Source: Candidatus Aldehydirespirator sp. (GTDB lineage: Bacteria > Actinomycetota > Acidimicrobiia > Acidimicrobiales > Aldehydirespiratoraceae). From it: a stretch of 64,000 nucleotides of DNA. The stretch covers positions 2,219,445-2,283,444 of the forward strand of contig CBDCMW010000002.1 in the NCBI GenBank assembly GCA_965219165.1, read 5' to 3'. The first letter of the stretch is position 1, and every line of letters starts with the position of its first letter. Made by a program: the position numbers and the translations under genes. A model generated the notes under the pieces. That model saw nothing but the letters and a program-made list of their open reading frames with translations. It did not search any database and was not told the DNA's origin. Positions 18,263 to 28,530 of the stretch are shown here, in pieces.

Positions 18263-18499
18263 GTCCGCTTAGACGACACAGCCTCTCTGGGAGTTCCCGA
18301 CCCGCTGCCAAGCGATAGCCGTCCAAGCAGAGTCGGCCGTAGCCAGGCTGGACATACCCCACAATGGAATAGCACATGCAGCGTTACCGCCGCCGAGTTC
18401 CCACGTCCTCAGAGGACTCCGTAGCAGACGCGCTCGGCGGGGCGCGCGGCTTCCTGCGTGCCACCGTCTTGAAGGCCTCTTCCGCGGGCGAGAGGCCCC

Positions 18500-18626
18500 G
18501 CAGCGCTGTCGCCGAACCGGGTGGCGATGCTGAGACTTGCGACCAAACTGACCACGACGCCGGGCGCGACGAACGACGCCGATGTCGATGCCCTGACATT
18601 GGCCGGTTTCTCTGATCGTGACATCC
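18500..18626 (+). pseudogene. Fragment of a CMD/AhpD-like gene (paralog of 20856-21404)
   Basis: AALSPNRVAMLRLATKLTTTPGATNDADVDALTLAGFSDRDI aligns with 21190-21316 at both nt and aa level. There is no flanking homology. Confidence 0.55.
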
Positions 18627-18881
18627 CGACTGGCCGACGTGCTGGTCAAGGCGTTCGGCCCGCCCCGAGTCTTGGCCGCAGTGCTCGCCCGCATCGACAA
18701 CATCGACACGGCGCACATCTACGGACTCCGGGCGGCACGCCTCCTAGGCGGCAGCGCCGACCGTGCTGTCGGCGACATCAACGTCCTGGTTCTCGGTTCG
18801 CCCCGTGCTCGGCACAGTCATGTGCGAAACGTCGGGCGCCGCCGGTCAATCTGGCCGGCGACGCACAGCGAACCTGTCTTG

Positions 18882-19079
18882 TCAGGCCGGTTTGACGTTC
18901 TGAGCTTCGTCTCCCTTACGGCCGGGCCCGATGTCGAATTCGACTATCTGCCCTTCGTGGAGGCTTCTGTGGTTCTCGCCGACGATGTTGGAGTAGTGAA
19001 CGAACACGTCGTCACCGCCGTCGCGCGAGATGAAGCCGAAGCCCTTGTCGCTATTGAAAAACTTGACAGTTCCTCGCAT
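18882..19079 (-). CDS. Cold-shock protein (CSD)
   Basis: Has RNP1/RNP2 motifs: [15 protein letters not shown] and VFVHYS. Length 65 aa. Confidence 0.92.
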   Translation of the reverse strand: MRGTVKFFNSDKGFGFISRDGGDDVFVHYSNIVGENHRSLHEGQIVEFDIGPGRKGDEAQNVKPA

Positions 19080-19612
19080 TGATTCTCTCTCTATGCCAAC
19101 CGGACCTGGTGCCCAGTGTCAATGTGAGTCTATGCCGTGCCGGTGCCGAACCGGGCGCGCCCGATCCAGCCCGGCGGGCATCGGTCTTCGGCTCCGCTCA
19201 CGCGTTGGCCGATTCGAGTCTCGGGAGCCACCTTCACAGCCCCAAATCCCGGCGCCGCTCGGTCCCCGGGTTTCCGGCTCGCCGAGTCCGTGGACCCAAG
19301 CCGCCACGATATCATTCTCGATGTCATGTGGTCGGTGGAGGTGGATCCTCGCTCCCGCACACTGACGATGCTGTCCGCCATCACCCCGCATGGTCGGCAC
19401 CCCCTCCTGCGTTGTGGGGCTCGCCGGGAGCGCAATCGCGCCACCCTCGCCCGCCTCGTCGACGAACCCCGCCCCCAGCCAGAGGATTGACGCCGTGGCG
19501 GTGGACGGCATGCTCCTGTCGCGGCCCGACCGCATGGCGATCCTCGGCGACTCCGTCGCCGTGCACGCCATCGCTGCCGCGGGCGCCGGGAACCTGCCCA
19601 GACTCACTAGCC

Positions 19613-20803
19613 ATGGCTGCTAGCACCACCCGCACCGACGCGGCCGCGGTGGCCGCGTCGGGCGCGTTGCTGGCGGCGGGGGCCATTCCACAGATCATCT
19701 CTGGCCCGCTGGCGCCCTACCTGCGGCTGGACCTGGGCATCAGTTCGTCGGAGCTGGGGCTGGGCCTGTCGCTGTCGGCCGTTCCCGCCGTGGTGCTGTC
19801 GGTGTGGGGCGGACGGATGACGGACCGCATCGGCGGGATCGCCATCGGCCGGCTCACATGCATCTGCTCCGGCTTGTTCGTGGTCGCGCTGTCCCAGGCG
19901 CCCAGCACAGCGTGGTTCGTGGCGACGCTGGCCGCAGCCGGATTCCTGCGGGTGCTCTCCGAGCCGAGCTCCTCGAGGATCCTCGTGGACCTGCTGGCCC
20001 GCACGCCGCGCGTCCTCGCCTTCGGCATCCGCGAGGCGTCGTTGCCGCTGCTCGTGCTCGTGTCCACCGCGGTGCTGCCCGTGTTCGGCGACTGGCTGGG
20101 CTGGCGCACCGTCTTCGCCGCATCCTCGATCGTCGCGGTGGCGGGGCTGTGGCTGCTGCTCGGGCCGGTGCGGCCCCGCGGGCAGGCAGGCACACCGGAC
20201 TCCGCGCCGAACCCGGCCACACCGGTCCCAGCCCAGCAGCCAGAGAGCCCCAGCGGCGATGTCGCCTCTTTGGGATTGCGCTTCTATGGCGGCGCCGCTC
20301 TGCTCATGTTCAACCTGGTCGTGTTCAACTCCTTCGCGTCGCTGTCCTTCGTCGACTCCGGAGCCAGCGCCGACGCCGCGGCGGCCCTGGTGGCGGCCTC
20401 GGCGGGAGGAACCGTGCTCATGCGCATCGGCTGCGCCCACGCGGTCACCCGGCGCGGGCTCAACGCTCGCTCGACCCTGGCAGCGATGGCCGCGGCGGCA
20501 GTCGTCGGCTACCTGGCCATGGCCACCGGCAACAGCGCTCTGATGCTCGTCGGCATACCGGTCGGATACCTGGCCGGCTGGGGATGGACTCCGCTGCTGT
20601 ACAGCCACATAACCGTCGGGCGCGAGCAGTCCACGGGAATGATCACCGGGGTGGTGTCGACCCTGTTCGCGGCCGCAGCCATCGCCGGCCCAGTCGCGGC
20701 CGGCTGGGCCGGCGAGCAGCTCGGCTGGTCGGCGGTGTGGGCCACAGCAGCACTGTTCTCGGCGCTAGCGGCCGCCCTCATGGGGTACCGGCACCAGCAT
20801 TGA
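19613..20803 (+). CDS. MFS transporter
   Basis: Multiple TM segments and the GGRMTDRIGG loop motif. Starts at ATG 19613, not at the 19079 ORF start. Confidence 0.8.
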   Translation: MAASTTRTDAAAVAASGALLAAGAIPQIISGPLAPYLRLDLGISSSELGLGLSLSAVPAVVLSVWGGRMTDRIGGIAIGRLTCICSGLFVVALSQAPSTAWFVATLAAAGFLRVLSEPSSSRILVDLLARTPRVLAFGIREASLPLLVLVSTAVLPVFGDWLGWRTVFAASSIVAVAGLWLLLGPVRPRGQAGTPDSAPNPATPVPAQQPESPSGDVASLGLRFYGGAALLMFNLVVFNSFASLSFVDSGASADAAAALVAASAGGTVLMRIGCAHAVTRRGLNARSTLAAMAAAAVVGYLAMATGNSALMLVGIPVGYLAGWGWTPLLYSHITVGREQSTGMITGVVSTLFAAAAIAGPVAAGWAGEQLGWSAVWATAALFSALAAALMGYRHQH

Positions 20804-20855
20804 TTCCCAGAATCGCAGATTCGCAGAGTCGCCGACTCGTGTGAGACGCTGCACC

Positions 20856-21404
20856 ATGGCACGCATCAAGATCATTCCCGACGACTCCTGGGACGGCGCG
20901 CTCGGTGAGCTCCATCCCCAGGTCGTCGATCGCGCCTACGGCCGGGTCGACAACATCCTCGCCGTGCACTCGCTGAACCCGCGCGGCATGGCGGCACACC
21001 AGGGTCTGTACGAATCGGCCATGGCTGGCACTGCGACGCTCCGCAAGGTCGAGCGCGAGCTCATCGCCCTGGTCGTGAGTCTCGAGAACGACTGCCACTA
21101 TTGAGTCGTCCACCACCGGCGCGGTCTGCGCCGGCTGATCAACGACGACGAGCTCGCCGCGGCGATCGAACAAGACTGGACAACGGCAGCGCTGTCGCCG
21201 AACCGGGTGGCGATGCTGAGATTCGCGATCAAACTGACGACCGCGCCGGGCGCCATGAACGACGCCGACGTCGATGCCCTGAGACTGGCCGGCTTCTCTG
21301 ATCGTGACATCCTCGACATAGTCGAGGTCGTCGGCTACTACGCGTACGCGAATCGGATCGCCGACGGTCTCGGCATCGAGACCGAACCTTGGAACACCGG
21401 CTGA
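20856..21404 (+). CDS. CMD/AhpD-like peroxidase-related protein with in-frame TGA (candidate selenocysteine) at 21102-21104
   Basis: A single 183-codon frame. It reads ...LIALVVSLENDCHY-TGA-VVHHRRGLRRL...AGFSDRDILDIVEVVGYYAYANR. The TGA sits where the family has the second Cys of CxxC. Confidence 0.6.
21116..21134 (+). promoter_or_regulatory. SECIS-like hairpin
   Basis: ccggcgc-GGTCT-gcgccgg is a perfect 7-bp stem starting 11 nt after the TGA, with a GGUCU apical loop. Confidence 0.5.
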
Positions 21405-21501
21405 CGACGGATGGACAGAGAGGCGTGATCCTCCTCGGCTGTGCACTCTCCGACACGGGGATCGCCACCCAGGAATCCAGCCCCTAGCGTGGAGACTCCG
21501 C

Positions 21502-22500
21502 ATGACTGAGGACGCCGCGGGGCACGGGGGAGGAGACGCGGTGACCGATGACGACGCCGTGCACGGCGACGACTTCTGTTTGGCCAACGGTCTGGCCGGC
21601 GAGGCGCTGTCGATTCCGTCAGCGAATCCCAAGAACTTCCATCAAGCGATCTCCGACACCGATGCGATGCCCCGCCAGGACCTGTGGGCAAAGCTCTTCC
21701 TGCCCCACGGGCCCGGACCGTTCCCGGTCGTGATCATCGTCCCGGGCAGCCTCGGGCTCCAACAGCCCCACATCGCGATCGCGGCGACGCTCACCGACGC
21801 CGCCGTCGCGGCGTGCGCCATCGACCCGTTCCGCCGTCGTGGCGTCGTCAGCACGGTCGACAATCAGATCCAGTTCTCCTTCGCTGCCAGTGCCTGGGAC
21901 GTTCTCGCCACCGCTGAGTTCCTTGCGGCCCGCCCCGAGATCGACGCAGCACGAGTCGGTGCCCAAGGCCACAGCCGAGGCGGCTCGGCGGTGCTGAGCG
22001 CCGCGTCGGTGCACCTCGCAGCAGCAGCCAACGCCCCCAAGCTCATCGGGGTGTACGCCGCCTATCCCTGGTCGGGACACCAGTTCCTGAACCCCGCCGT
22101 CGGGGCTACACGCGTCCGCGCCATCATCGGCGATCTCGACGACTGGTGCTCACCAACGCAGGTCCAAGCCCACATCCATGCCATACGGGCCGCTGGTGGC
22201 GATGCGACTGTGCGGATCGTGGCGGGCGCACGCCACAGCTTCGACCGCACAACCCCCCTCGAGCACATACCCCACGCCTCCGTGACGCCCGGAGCGCCCA
22301 CCGTCTACATCGCAGACGACGGCGCCTTCATCCTGCCGACCTCCGACGAGCCAGACCCGAAGCTGGTCGATCTCGACGGCTTCCTCTACGCCATCAACGC
22401 AGGCTTCGGAGTCCGCGGCGCCCACATCGCCGGAAGCCCCGAACTCGCGCCGCTCTTCATGAACGACATGACGACATTCTGGACCGACGTCACGAGGTAG
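21502..22500 (+). CDS. Dienelactone hydrolase family protein
   Basis: Has FPVVIIVPGS and the GHSRGG nucleophile elbow. Confidence 0.75.
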   Translation: MTEDAAGHGGGDAVTDDDAVHGDDFCLANGLAGEALSIPSANPKNFHQAISDTDAMPRQDLWAKLFLPHGPGPFPVVIIVPGSLGLQQPHIAIAATLTDAAVAACAIDPFRRRGVVSTVDNQIQFSFAASAWDVLATAEFLAARPEIDAARVGAQGHSRGGSAVLSAASVHLAAAANAPKLIGVYAAYPWSGHQFLNPAVGATRVRAIIGDLDDWCSPTQVQAHIHAIRAAGGDATVRIVAGARHSFDRTTPLEHIPHASVTPGAPTVYIADDGAFILPTSDEPDPKLVDLDGFLYAINAGFGVRGAHIAGSPELAPLFMNDMTTFWTDVTR

Positions 22501-22657
22501 ATCTGCCGCGAGCCGTCGCGGGCCGCCGGCCAGCCCATCTAGTGCCAACCGACGCAGAGCAAATAGCAAGACGGGTAAGTTTCCCGTGCCCCTCGATTGA
22601 CCGCCCAACCAGGCCTCCCAGCACGGCCCGGCAAGCAGGGCACCGCGGCATCGAGAC

Positions 22658-25600
22658 CTAGAGGACGTTGCCGTAGCGGTGGGTGGTGCGGGTGACGGCC
22701 TGCTCGCGCAGGTAGTGGAGCAGCTCGACGCGGCCCTCGGCGGTGACGGGGTCGTCGGCGATGTGGACGCCGGCGTCGTTGCCGGCGGCTCGCAGCTCGC
22801 GGCTGCAGGTTCCCACTACCCGGACCCGCTGGATGTCCAGGACGTCGAGGCGGGCAGCGAAGGCGGCCGCGGTCTCGTCGGCGGCGCGCGACTCGATGAG
22901 GGCCACGTTGCAGCGGCGGGCCGCGGCCCGGACTCGTTCGACGTCTCGGGGCGCGGCGTCGGCCTCGGCCCGCAGCGCCATGCGGGGCAGGCACCGGTAG
23001 CGCAAGACGTTGGACTCGCAGAACAACCCGGTCGGGTCGTGCTCGACGCCGAACTCGGTTTGCCAGGCCGCCTCGTCGCTGGCTCGGGCCGCGGCCAGCC
23101 ACTCGTCGTCGCTGAGGCCGGTGTCGACCGGGTGCCAGGTGCCGAGGCGGGCCACGTAGTTGGGGCCGCCGGCCTTGGCGCCGGGACCGACCGAGGACTT
23201 CTTCCAGCCGCCGAAGGGCTGGCGGCGCACGATGGCGCCCGTGGTGGGACGGTTGATGTAGGCGTTGCCGACTTCCACTGCGTCGGTCCACTGTCGGATC
23301 TCGGCGGGGTCGAGGGTGTGGATGCCGCCGGTGAGGCCGTAGTCGGTGGAGTTCTGGATGGCTATGGCGTCTTCGAGCGTCTCGGCTCGCATCAATCCCA
23401 GCACCGGGCCGAAGCACTCCGTCAGGTGGAACCACGAGCCGGGCCGCACCCCGAGGCGCACGCCCGGCGTCCAAGTCTGCGCGCCGAGGCGTCGAGGCGC
23501 GGCCAGCCACTCCTCGCCGTCGTCGAGGCGGGTCAGCGCCCGCAACAGCTTGCCCTCGGGCTCGTTGATGGTGGGACCCATGGTGGTGGCCACATCGGTG
23601 CTGGGTCCGACCTGGAGGCTGGACACTGCGTCGGTGAGCTGGCGGCGCAGGCGGGGCGAGTCGTAGGCGTCGCCCACGCAGATGGCGAGGCTGGCCGCCG
23701 AGCACTTCTGCCCCGAGTGGCCGAACGCGGAGGCGACCAGGTCGGCCACGGCCAGGTCGATGTCCGAGTTGGGGGTGATCACTATGGCGTTCTTGCCCGA
23801 GGTCTCCGCGAACAGGCGCAGGTCGGGCTTCCACGACAGGAACATCGCGGCGGTGTCGTAGCCGCCGGTGAGGATCACCGCGCCCACCTCGGGATGGGTC
23901 ACCAGATGCCGGCCGACCTCGCCGCCGGACGTGCGCACGAACCCGACGAGGCCCCGGGGCAGGCCCGCGGCCCAGCAGCACTCAGCCACGATCTCCGAGC
24001 AGCGGGGCGTCTTGGAGGACGGCTTCAATACGGCGGCGTTGCCCGCGGCCAGCGCGGCGAAGACTCCGCCGGAGGGTATGGCCACCGGGAAGTTCCACGG
24101 CGGCACCACCAGCACGGTTCCGAGCGGCTCGAACCGAGCCAAACCGGAGGCAGCCAGCTCTGAGCCGGCCGGATCGAGGGCCCGGTCGCCGTACCAGCGG
24201 GCGAAGTCGATGGCCTCGGACACCTCGGGGTCGGCCTCGGCGATGGTCTTGCGGCCCTCATGCACCATGGCCGCCACCAGGTCGCCCCGGCGGCGGGCGA
24301 GCTCGCCGGCCACCCGCCACAGCAGGTTCCGGCGCTCGGCGGGCAGGCGGGCGGCCCAACCCTGCTGCGCCCGGGCGGCGGCGTGCACCACCCGGTCCAC
24401 CTCGTCAGTAGTCCGGCTGAAGGGCGCGGCCGGGCCGCTCCATTGCCCCGAGACGATCTCGCGGGCCCAGGCCCGGTTGGGTGCCAGCGCGGGATCGGTG
24501 TCCGGCTCGTTGAAGAACCCCGCCGCGGCGACGGCCGGCTCGGGCTCGCGGCGGCGGTCCTGTTGGCGGCGCGGGGCGCGGCCCACCGACCACCGGCCGG
24601 CGACCGCGGTGCGGAACTTGGCTGCCTCGGCCTCGAAGGCGGCGCTGCCGGGCTCGAGGCCGAACAGGTGGTGGATGAAGTTCTCCTCCGACGCGTTCTC
24701 CTCGAGGCGCCGGAACAGGTAGGCGATGGCCACATCGAAGTCCTCCGCGGCCACTGCGGGCGTGTACAGCAGCACCCCCCTGCCGTCTCGGCGCAGAAGC
24801 TCCGCCTGGGTGGGCGCCATGCCCTCGAGCAGCTCGAACTCCACCCGGTCACGAACGCCGCGCCGTCCGGCCAGCAGGTCGGCCCAGGCCACGTCGAACA
24901 GGTTGTGGCTGGCCACCCCGACGCGCACCGACGCGGTGCGCTCACCGGTGAGCACCCAGTCGAGGCAGCGCTTGTAGTTGGCGTCGGTCTCGGCCTTGCT
25001 CCGATAGGGCGCCTGGGGCCAGCCGTGCAAGGCCGCCTCCACCCGCTCCATGGCCAGGTTCGCCCCCTTGACCAGGCGGATCTTGATCGTGGCGGACCGC
25101 CGGCCGGCGGTGACCAGGCCGTTGTGCCAATCCACCAGGTCCTGCAACGCGCCGAAGCAGTCGGGCAGGTATGCCTGCAGCACGATGCCGGCGTCGACCG
25201 CCGCGAACTCGGGCTCCTGGAGCAGTTCTCGGAAGGCCGCGGCGGTGAGCTCGAGGTCGTGGTACTCCTCCATGTCGAGGTTGATGAAGGTCGGCGGCGT
25301 TGTCGCCGCGGCCGCTCGAAGCAGAGGCCGCAGGGCCTCGACCACCGGCTGCAGCGACCCGTCGAAGTCCCAAGGATTCAGCTGTGACACCACCGCGGAG
25401 ACCTTCACCGACACGTAGTCCACGTCGGGCTGGGCCAGGGTGCGGAGCACCTCCTGGTGCCGTCGCCGGGCCTCGGCGTCGCCGAGCACGGCCTCGCCGA
25501 GCATGTTGACGTTGAGCGAGTAGCCCGCCGCGGCCCGGCTCTGCAGGTGGGCAGCCAGCCGCTCGGGCTGGGAGTCGACGACGAGGTGGCCCACGAGCGC

Positions 25601-25954
25601 CCTCATGCGGCGCCGGGCGATCGGCATCACGATCCTGGGAAACGTCGGCCCGAGCCGGGCGCCGACGCGCAGCAGCAACCGGTCGACGGGCGACAGGAAG
25701 GCGGGCAACTCGGCCTCAGCCACCAGCGACGCCAACTGCCGCGCCGACACCGCCGGATCCTCGGGCCGGACCACCCGGTCGACGAAGCGCATCGCGAAGG
25801 CGGTGCCCGGCCTGTCGCTGACCACATCCGCCAACCGTCTCGCGGCCGAGCGCTCCCGTCTCGACTCCGACGTGCTGGCGGCCTCCAGCCAGCACTCGAC
25901 CCGCTCGACGGCCTCGTCGGCCAGCAACTCGGGATCCTTCGGGTGGTCGTCCAC
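22658..25954 (-). CDS. putA: Bifunctional proline dehydrogenase / P5C dehydrogenase
   Basis: Has an N-terminal PRODH barrel (LNVNMLGE, IKIRLVKGAN, YLFRRLEEN) and a C-terminal ALDH domain with GQKCSAAS. Length 1098 aa, with no RHH domain. Confidence 0.9.
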   Translation of the reverse strand: MDDHPKDPELLADEAVERVECWLEAASTSESRRERSAARRLADVVSDRPGTAFAMRFVDRVVRPEDPAVSARQLASLVAEAELPAFLSPVDRLLLRVGARLGPTFPRIVMPIARRRMRALVGHLVVDSQPERLAAHLQSRAAAGYSLNVNMLGEAVLGDAEARRRHQEVLRTLAQPDVDYVSVKVSAVVSQLNPWDFDGSLQPVVEALRPLLRAAAATTPPTFINLDMEEYHDLELTAAAFRELLQEPEFAAVDAGIVLQAYLPDCFGALQDLVDWHNGLVTAGRRSATIKIRLVKGANLAMERVEAALHGWPQAPYRSKAETDANYKRCLDWVLTGERTASVRVGVASHNLFDVAWADLLAGRRGVRDRVEFELLEGMAPTQAELLRRDGRGVLLYTPAVAAEDFDVAIAYLFRRLEENASEENFIHHLFGLEPGSAAFEAEAAKFRTAVAGRWSVGRAPRRQQDRRREPEPAVAAAGFFNEPDTDPALAPNRAWAREIVSGQWSGPAAPFSRTTDEVDRVVHAAARAQQGWAARLPAERRNLLWRVAGELARRRGDLVAAMVHEGRKTIAEADPEVSEAIDFARWYGDRALDPAGSELAASGLARFEPLGTVLVVPPWNFPVAIPSGGVFAALAAGNAAVLKPSSKTPRCSEIVAECCWAAGLPRGLVGFVRTSGGEVGRHLVTHPEVGAVILTGGYDTAAMFLSWKPDLRLFAETSGKNAIVITPNSDIDLAVADLVASAFGHSGQKCSAASLAICVGDAYDSPRLRRQLTDAVSSLQVGPSTDVATTMGPTINEPEGKLLRALTRLDDGEEWLAAPRRLGAQTWTPGVRLGVRPGSWFHLTECFGPVLGLMRAETLEDAIAIQNSTDYGLTGGIHTLDPAEIRQWTDAVEVGNAYINRPTTGAIVRRQPFGGWKKSSVGPGAKAGGPNYVARLGTWHPVDTGLSDDEWLAAARASDEAAWQTEFGVEHDPTGLFCESNVLRYRCLPRMALRAEADAAPRDVERVRAAARRCNVALIESRAADETAAAFAARLDVLDIQRVRVVGTCSRELRAAGNDAGVHIADDPVTAEGRVELLHYLREQAVTRTTHRYGNVL

Positions 25955-26029
25955 GCCTCGTTCGCCCCTTCCTGCCCGGGGATCAGCTCGTGTTCCACAC
26001 CATGATGCAGGCCAGCGGAAAGCCCGGTC

Positions 26030-26857
26030 TTGGACGATTCAGCGCGCCACGGCAGCCGATCCGTCCAATGCCGACCGCGAGGTACTGTCGGCAGCGTGGA
26101 CACGGGCTCGCAACGCGACACAGGACCCGAGGGAGTCCTCGAGGCCCAGCCCGAGGTCTTGGAACTGATCGACCTGCTCGTGGACGTGATGTTCTGCATG
26201 AAGGACACCGAGAGCCGCTACCTGGCCGTCAATCCCGCTTTCGTGAGACGAGCCGGGCGCAAGTCCAAGCGCGACGTGATCGGCCGGCGCGCCACCGACT
26301 TCTTCACCGCCCCGCTGGCGCAGCGCTACGAGGAGCAGGACCGCCGGGTGTTCGCCACCGGACGGCCCCTACGAGACGAGCTGGAGCTGATCCGGCGCGA
26401 GGACGGGGGGCTCGGCTGGTACGTGACGACCAAACTGCCGGTCGCGGCCCCCGACGACCCGGGGCGGATCAGCGGCCTGGTCAGCATCAGCCGCGACCTG
26501 CGCACCCCGAGTTCCGACGAGGTGGTGGTGCGAGCCCTGCAGCGGGCGGTCGAGCATGTTCGAGAGAACCTCTGTGAGACGATCCGGGTGGCGGACGTGG
26601 CTGCCGCGGCGGGCCTGTCCCAGTCCCAACTCGAGCGCCGGATGCGAAACGCGTTCGGCCTGTCAGCCATGCAATACGTGCTCAGGGCTCGGGTCGAGCG
26701 GGCTGCCGAGCTGCTCGCCAACACCGACCTGCCCCTCGCTGAAGTGGCCGTGACCGCCGGCTTCTACGACCAGGCCGACCTCACCCACCGGTTCGCCCGA
26801 CTCACGAGCGAGACCCCGGCCCAGTTCCGAGCCCATCAGCACAAGATCTCACGCTGA
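26030..26857 (+). CDS. PAS-domain AraC-family transcriptional regulator
   Basis: Has an N-terminal PAS-like region and a C-terminal AraC HTH (LSQSQLERRMRNAFGLSAMQYVLRARV...TAGFYDQADLTHRF). It is divergent from putA. The start is uncertain. Confidence 0.75.
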   Translation: MDDSARHGSRSVQCRPRGTVGSVDTGSQRDTGPEGVLEAQPEVLELIDLLVDVMFCMKDTESRYLAVNPAFVRRAGRKSKRDVIGRRATDFFTAPLAQRYEEQDRRVFATGRPLRDELELIRREDGGLGWYVTTKLPVAAPDDPGRISGLVSISRDLRTPSSDEVVVRALQRAVEHVRENLCETIRVADVAAAAGLSQSQLERRMRNAFGLSAMQYVLRARVERAAELLANTDLPLAEVAVTAGFYDQADLTHRFARLTSETPAQFRAHQHKISR

Positions 26858-27002
26858 CGCGGCTCCGCCCAGCGGGCCCTGCCTGAGTCCCGCCGGGTGG
26901 AGGGACTAGGCGCATCAGGCTCTGCGCGGGTCGCAAACACAGACGCTCCGAGGCTCTAGAAGATCGCAGGACTGACTATCCACAACACGGTACCGTCGTT
27001 GC

Positions 27003-28454
27003 GTGACGCCGGATCAGACGCCTGTCATCGTCGGCGTGTCCATCACGGCACCGCACGATCCGGATGCGCTCACAGAGCCGGTCTCGCTCATGATCGACGC
27101 GGCACGCGCCGCGATCGACGACTGCGGCGGCGCCGGCATGGGCCCGAGAGTCGACCTTGTTGGCGTCGCTGGAGGCTTGTGGCGCTATCGCAACCCCGGG
27201 AGCTGGATCGCCGCGGCGATCGAAGCCGACGCCCGCACGCTCTTGACCACCATCGGCGGGCAGACACCGGTGGCGCTGCTCGCTGAGATCGCCGATCGCA
27301 TCCAACGAGGCGCACTCGGCGCGGCGCTGATCGTCGGGGGCGAGTGCACCCGGTCCCGCCGGATGGCGCGGCGACAGGGCATCGAAGTCCCGAGGCTCCC
27401 CGAGACACAGCCTTCGCCCGACGAGTTCTGGGGACCGCCGCTGGTGATCGGAGATCCAGCCGCGGAAGCCGTCGCCGGCGATGTGCCCAGAAACGCCTTC
27501 GCGCTCCTCGAGAGCGCCATAAGGGCAAGGCGGGGCGAGTCTGTGGCCGAGAACCGCCGTCGGGCCGCGGAACTCTGCGCAGGATTCTCCAAAGTTGCCG
27601 CTGGCGTTGAGCATGCCGCCACTCGGCGTGCGATGTCACCGGGAGAGATCGCCGAGGTTTCCCCCACGAATCGGATGGTGAGCTGGCCGTACACGAAGGC
27701 CATGGTGGCCAACAACACGGTCGACCGGGCCGGCGCCTTGGTCGTCTGCTCGCTGGCAGTCGCACGAGAACACGCAATCGCGCAAGACCGCATGGTCTTC
27801 CCCTGCCGCATCGCCCTTGCCGACGACACCGAATTCGTGGCGAGCCGGCGCGACCTCGCCACCAACCCCGGCCTGCAAGCAGCAGCCGACGACATTCTCG
27901 CGGTCACCGGAGACTCCGCCAGCATCAGCCACATGGATCTCTATGCCTGCTTCCCCTCAATGGTTGCGCTCAGCATGGACGCGCTCGGGATCGTTGATCG
28001 TCGCCCTCTCACCGTCTCGGGAGGCCTCGGGTTCACGGGCGCGCCCGTGAACTTCGGCGCGGGCGAGGGACTCATCGCCATGGTGGATCGTTTGCGCGAG
28101 GACGCCCCGCACTGCACAGGCCTGGTGCAAGGCAGCGGCGGCATCGCGGCCAAGCACGCTCTCGGCCTGCTGTCCTCGTCTCCGCCGATGTCGCCGTACC
28201 TCACCTCGCGGCAGACCGCGGCACTGCACCCCCGCGATCTCGCTCCCCCGGACCGTGACGGGCCAGTCATCCTCGACGCCGTGACCGTGGACTTCCTCCA
28301 GCCATCACCCACCGTGGTCGGGCTGGTCCGCTTCGAAGACGGAACACGACGCTGGGCCACCGCACGCGACCAAGCGACGATCGACGCGGTCACCAACGAC
28401 GAGACGGTCGGCACCTCCGCAGACATCCGGGACGGTCGCCTGATCCTCCATTGA
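27003..28454 (+). CDS. Thiolase-like (acetyl-CoA acetyltransferase family) protein
   Basis: Thiolase-fold N- and C-domains read from the translation (IVGGEC...; SGGLGFTGAP). Confidence 0.65.
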   Translation: MTPDQTPVIVGVSITAPHDPDALTEPVSLMIDAARAAIDDCGGAGMGPRVDLVGVAGGLWRYRNPGSWIAAAIEADARTLLTTIGGQTPVALLAEIADRIQRGALGAALIVGGECTRSRRMARRQGIEVPRLPETQPSPDEFWGPPLVIGDPAAEAVAGDVPRNAFALLESAIRARRGESVAENRRRAAELCAGFSKVAAGVEHAATRRAMSPGEIAEVSPTNRMVSWPYTKAMVANNTVDRAGALVVCSLAVAREHAIAQDRMVFPCRIALADDTEFVASRRDLATNPGLQAAADDILAVTGDSASISHMDLYACFPSMVALSMDALGIVDRRPLTVSGGLGFTGAPVNFGAGEGLIAMVDRLREDAPHCTGLVQGSGGIAAKHALGLLSSSPPMSPYLTSRQTAALHPRDLAPPDRDGPVILDAVTVDFLQPSPTVVGLVRFEDGTRRWATARDQATIDAVTNDETVGTSADIRDGRLILH

Positions 28455-28530
28455 CCTTGCCCCGACTTGGAGCCTCCCCCCAACCGGGGGCCCCGACGCT
28501 GGCGGCTCCCCCCGTCCGCTCACCCTCTCG

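Noticed and set aside
19186-19240. tRNA-like T-loop string gattcgagtc with flanking ggctcc...ggagcc pairing.
   Set aside because: No acceptor stem, anticodon arm or proper 5-bp T-stem can be drawn. It is more likely structure in the csp 5' UTR.
19079-19612. The N-terminal 178 codons of the 574-aa ORF 19079-20803.
   Set aside because: This part is Arg/Pro-rich, lacks TM segments and overlaps the csp 5' region. The MFS protein starts convincingly at ATG 19613.
22539-24163. Long ORFs antisense to or out of frame with putA (for example 22539-23981 and 22679-24163). Similar ORFs occur at 10229-11386, 46889-48310, 59791-60960 and 61518-63227.
   Set aside because: They have the Arg/Gly/Pro-rich composition typical of spurious frames in high-GC DNA. 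Each fully overlaps a gene with strong motif support.
26886-26907. The hairpin agtccc-N10-gggact after the AraC-family gene as a terminator.
   Set aside because: The stem is short (6 bp) with no U-tract. It is plausible but not distinguishable from chance in GC-rich DNA.
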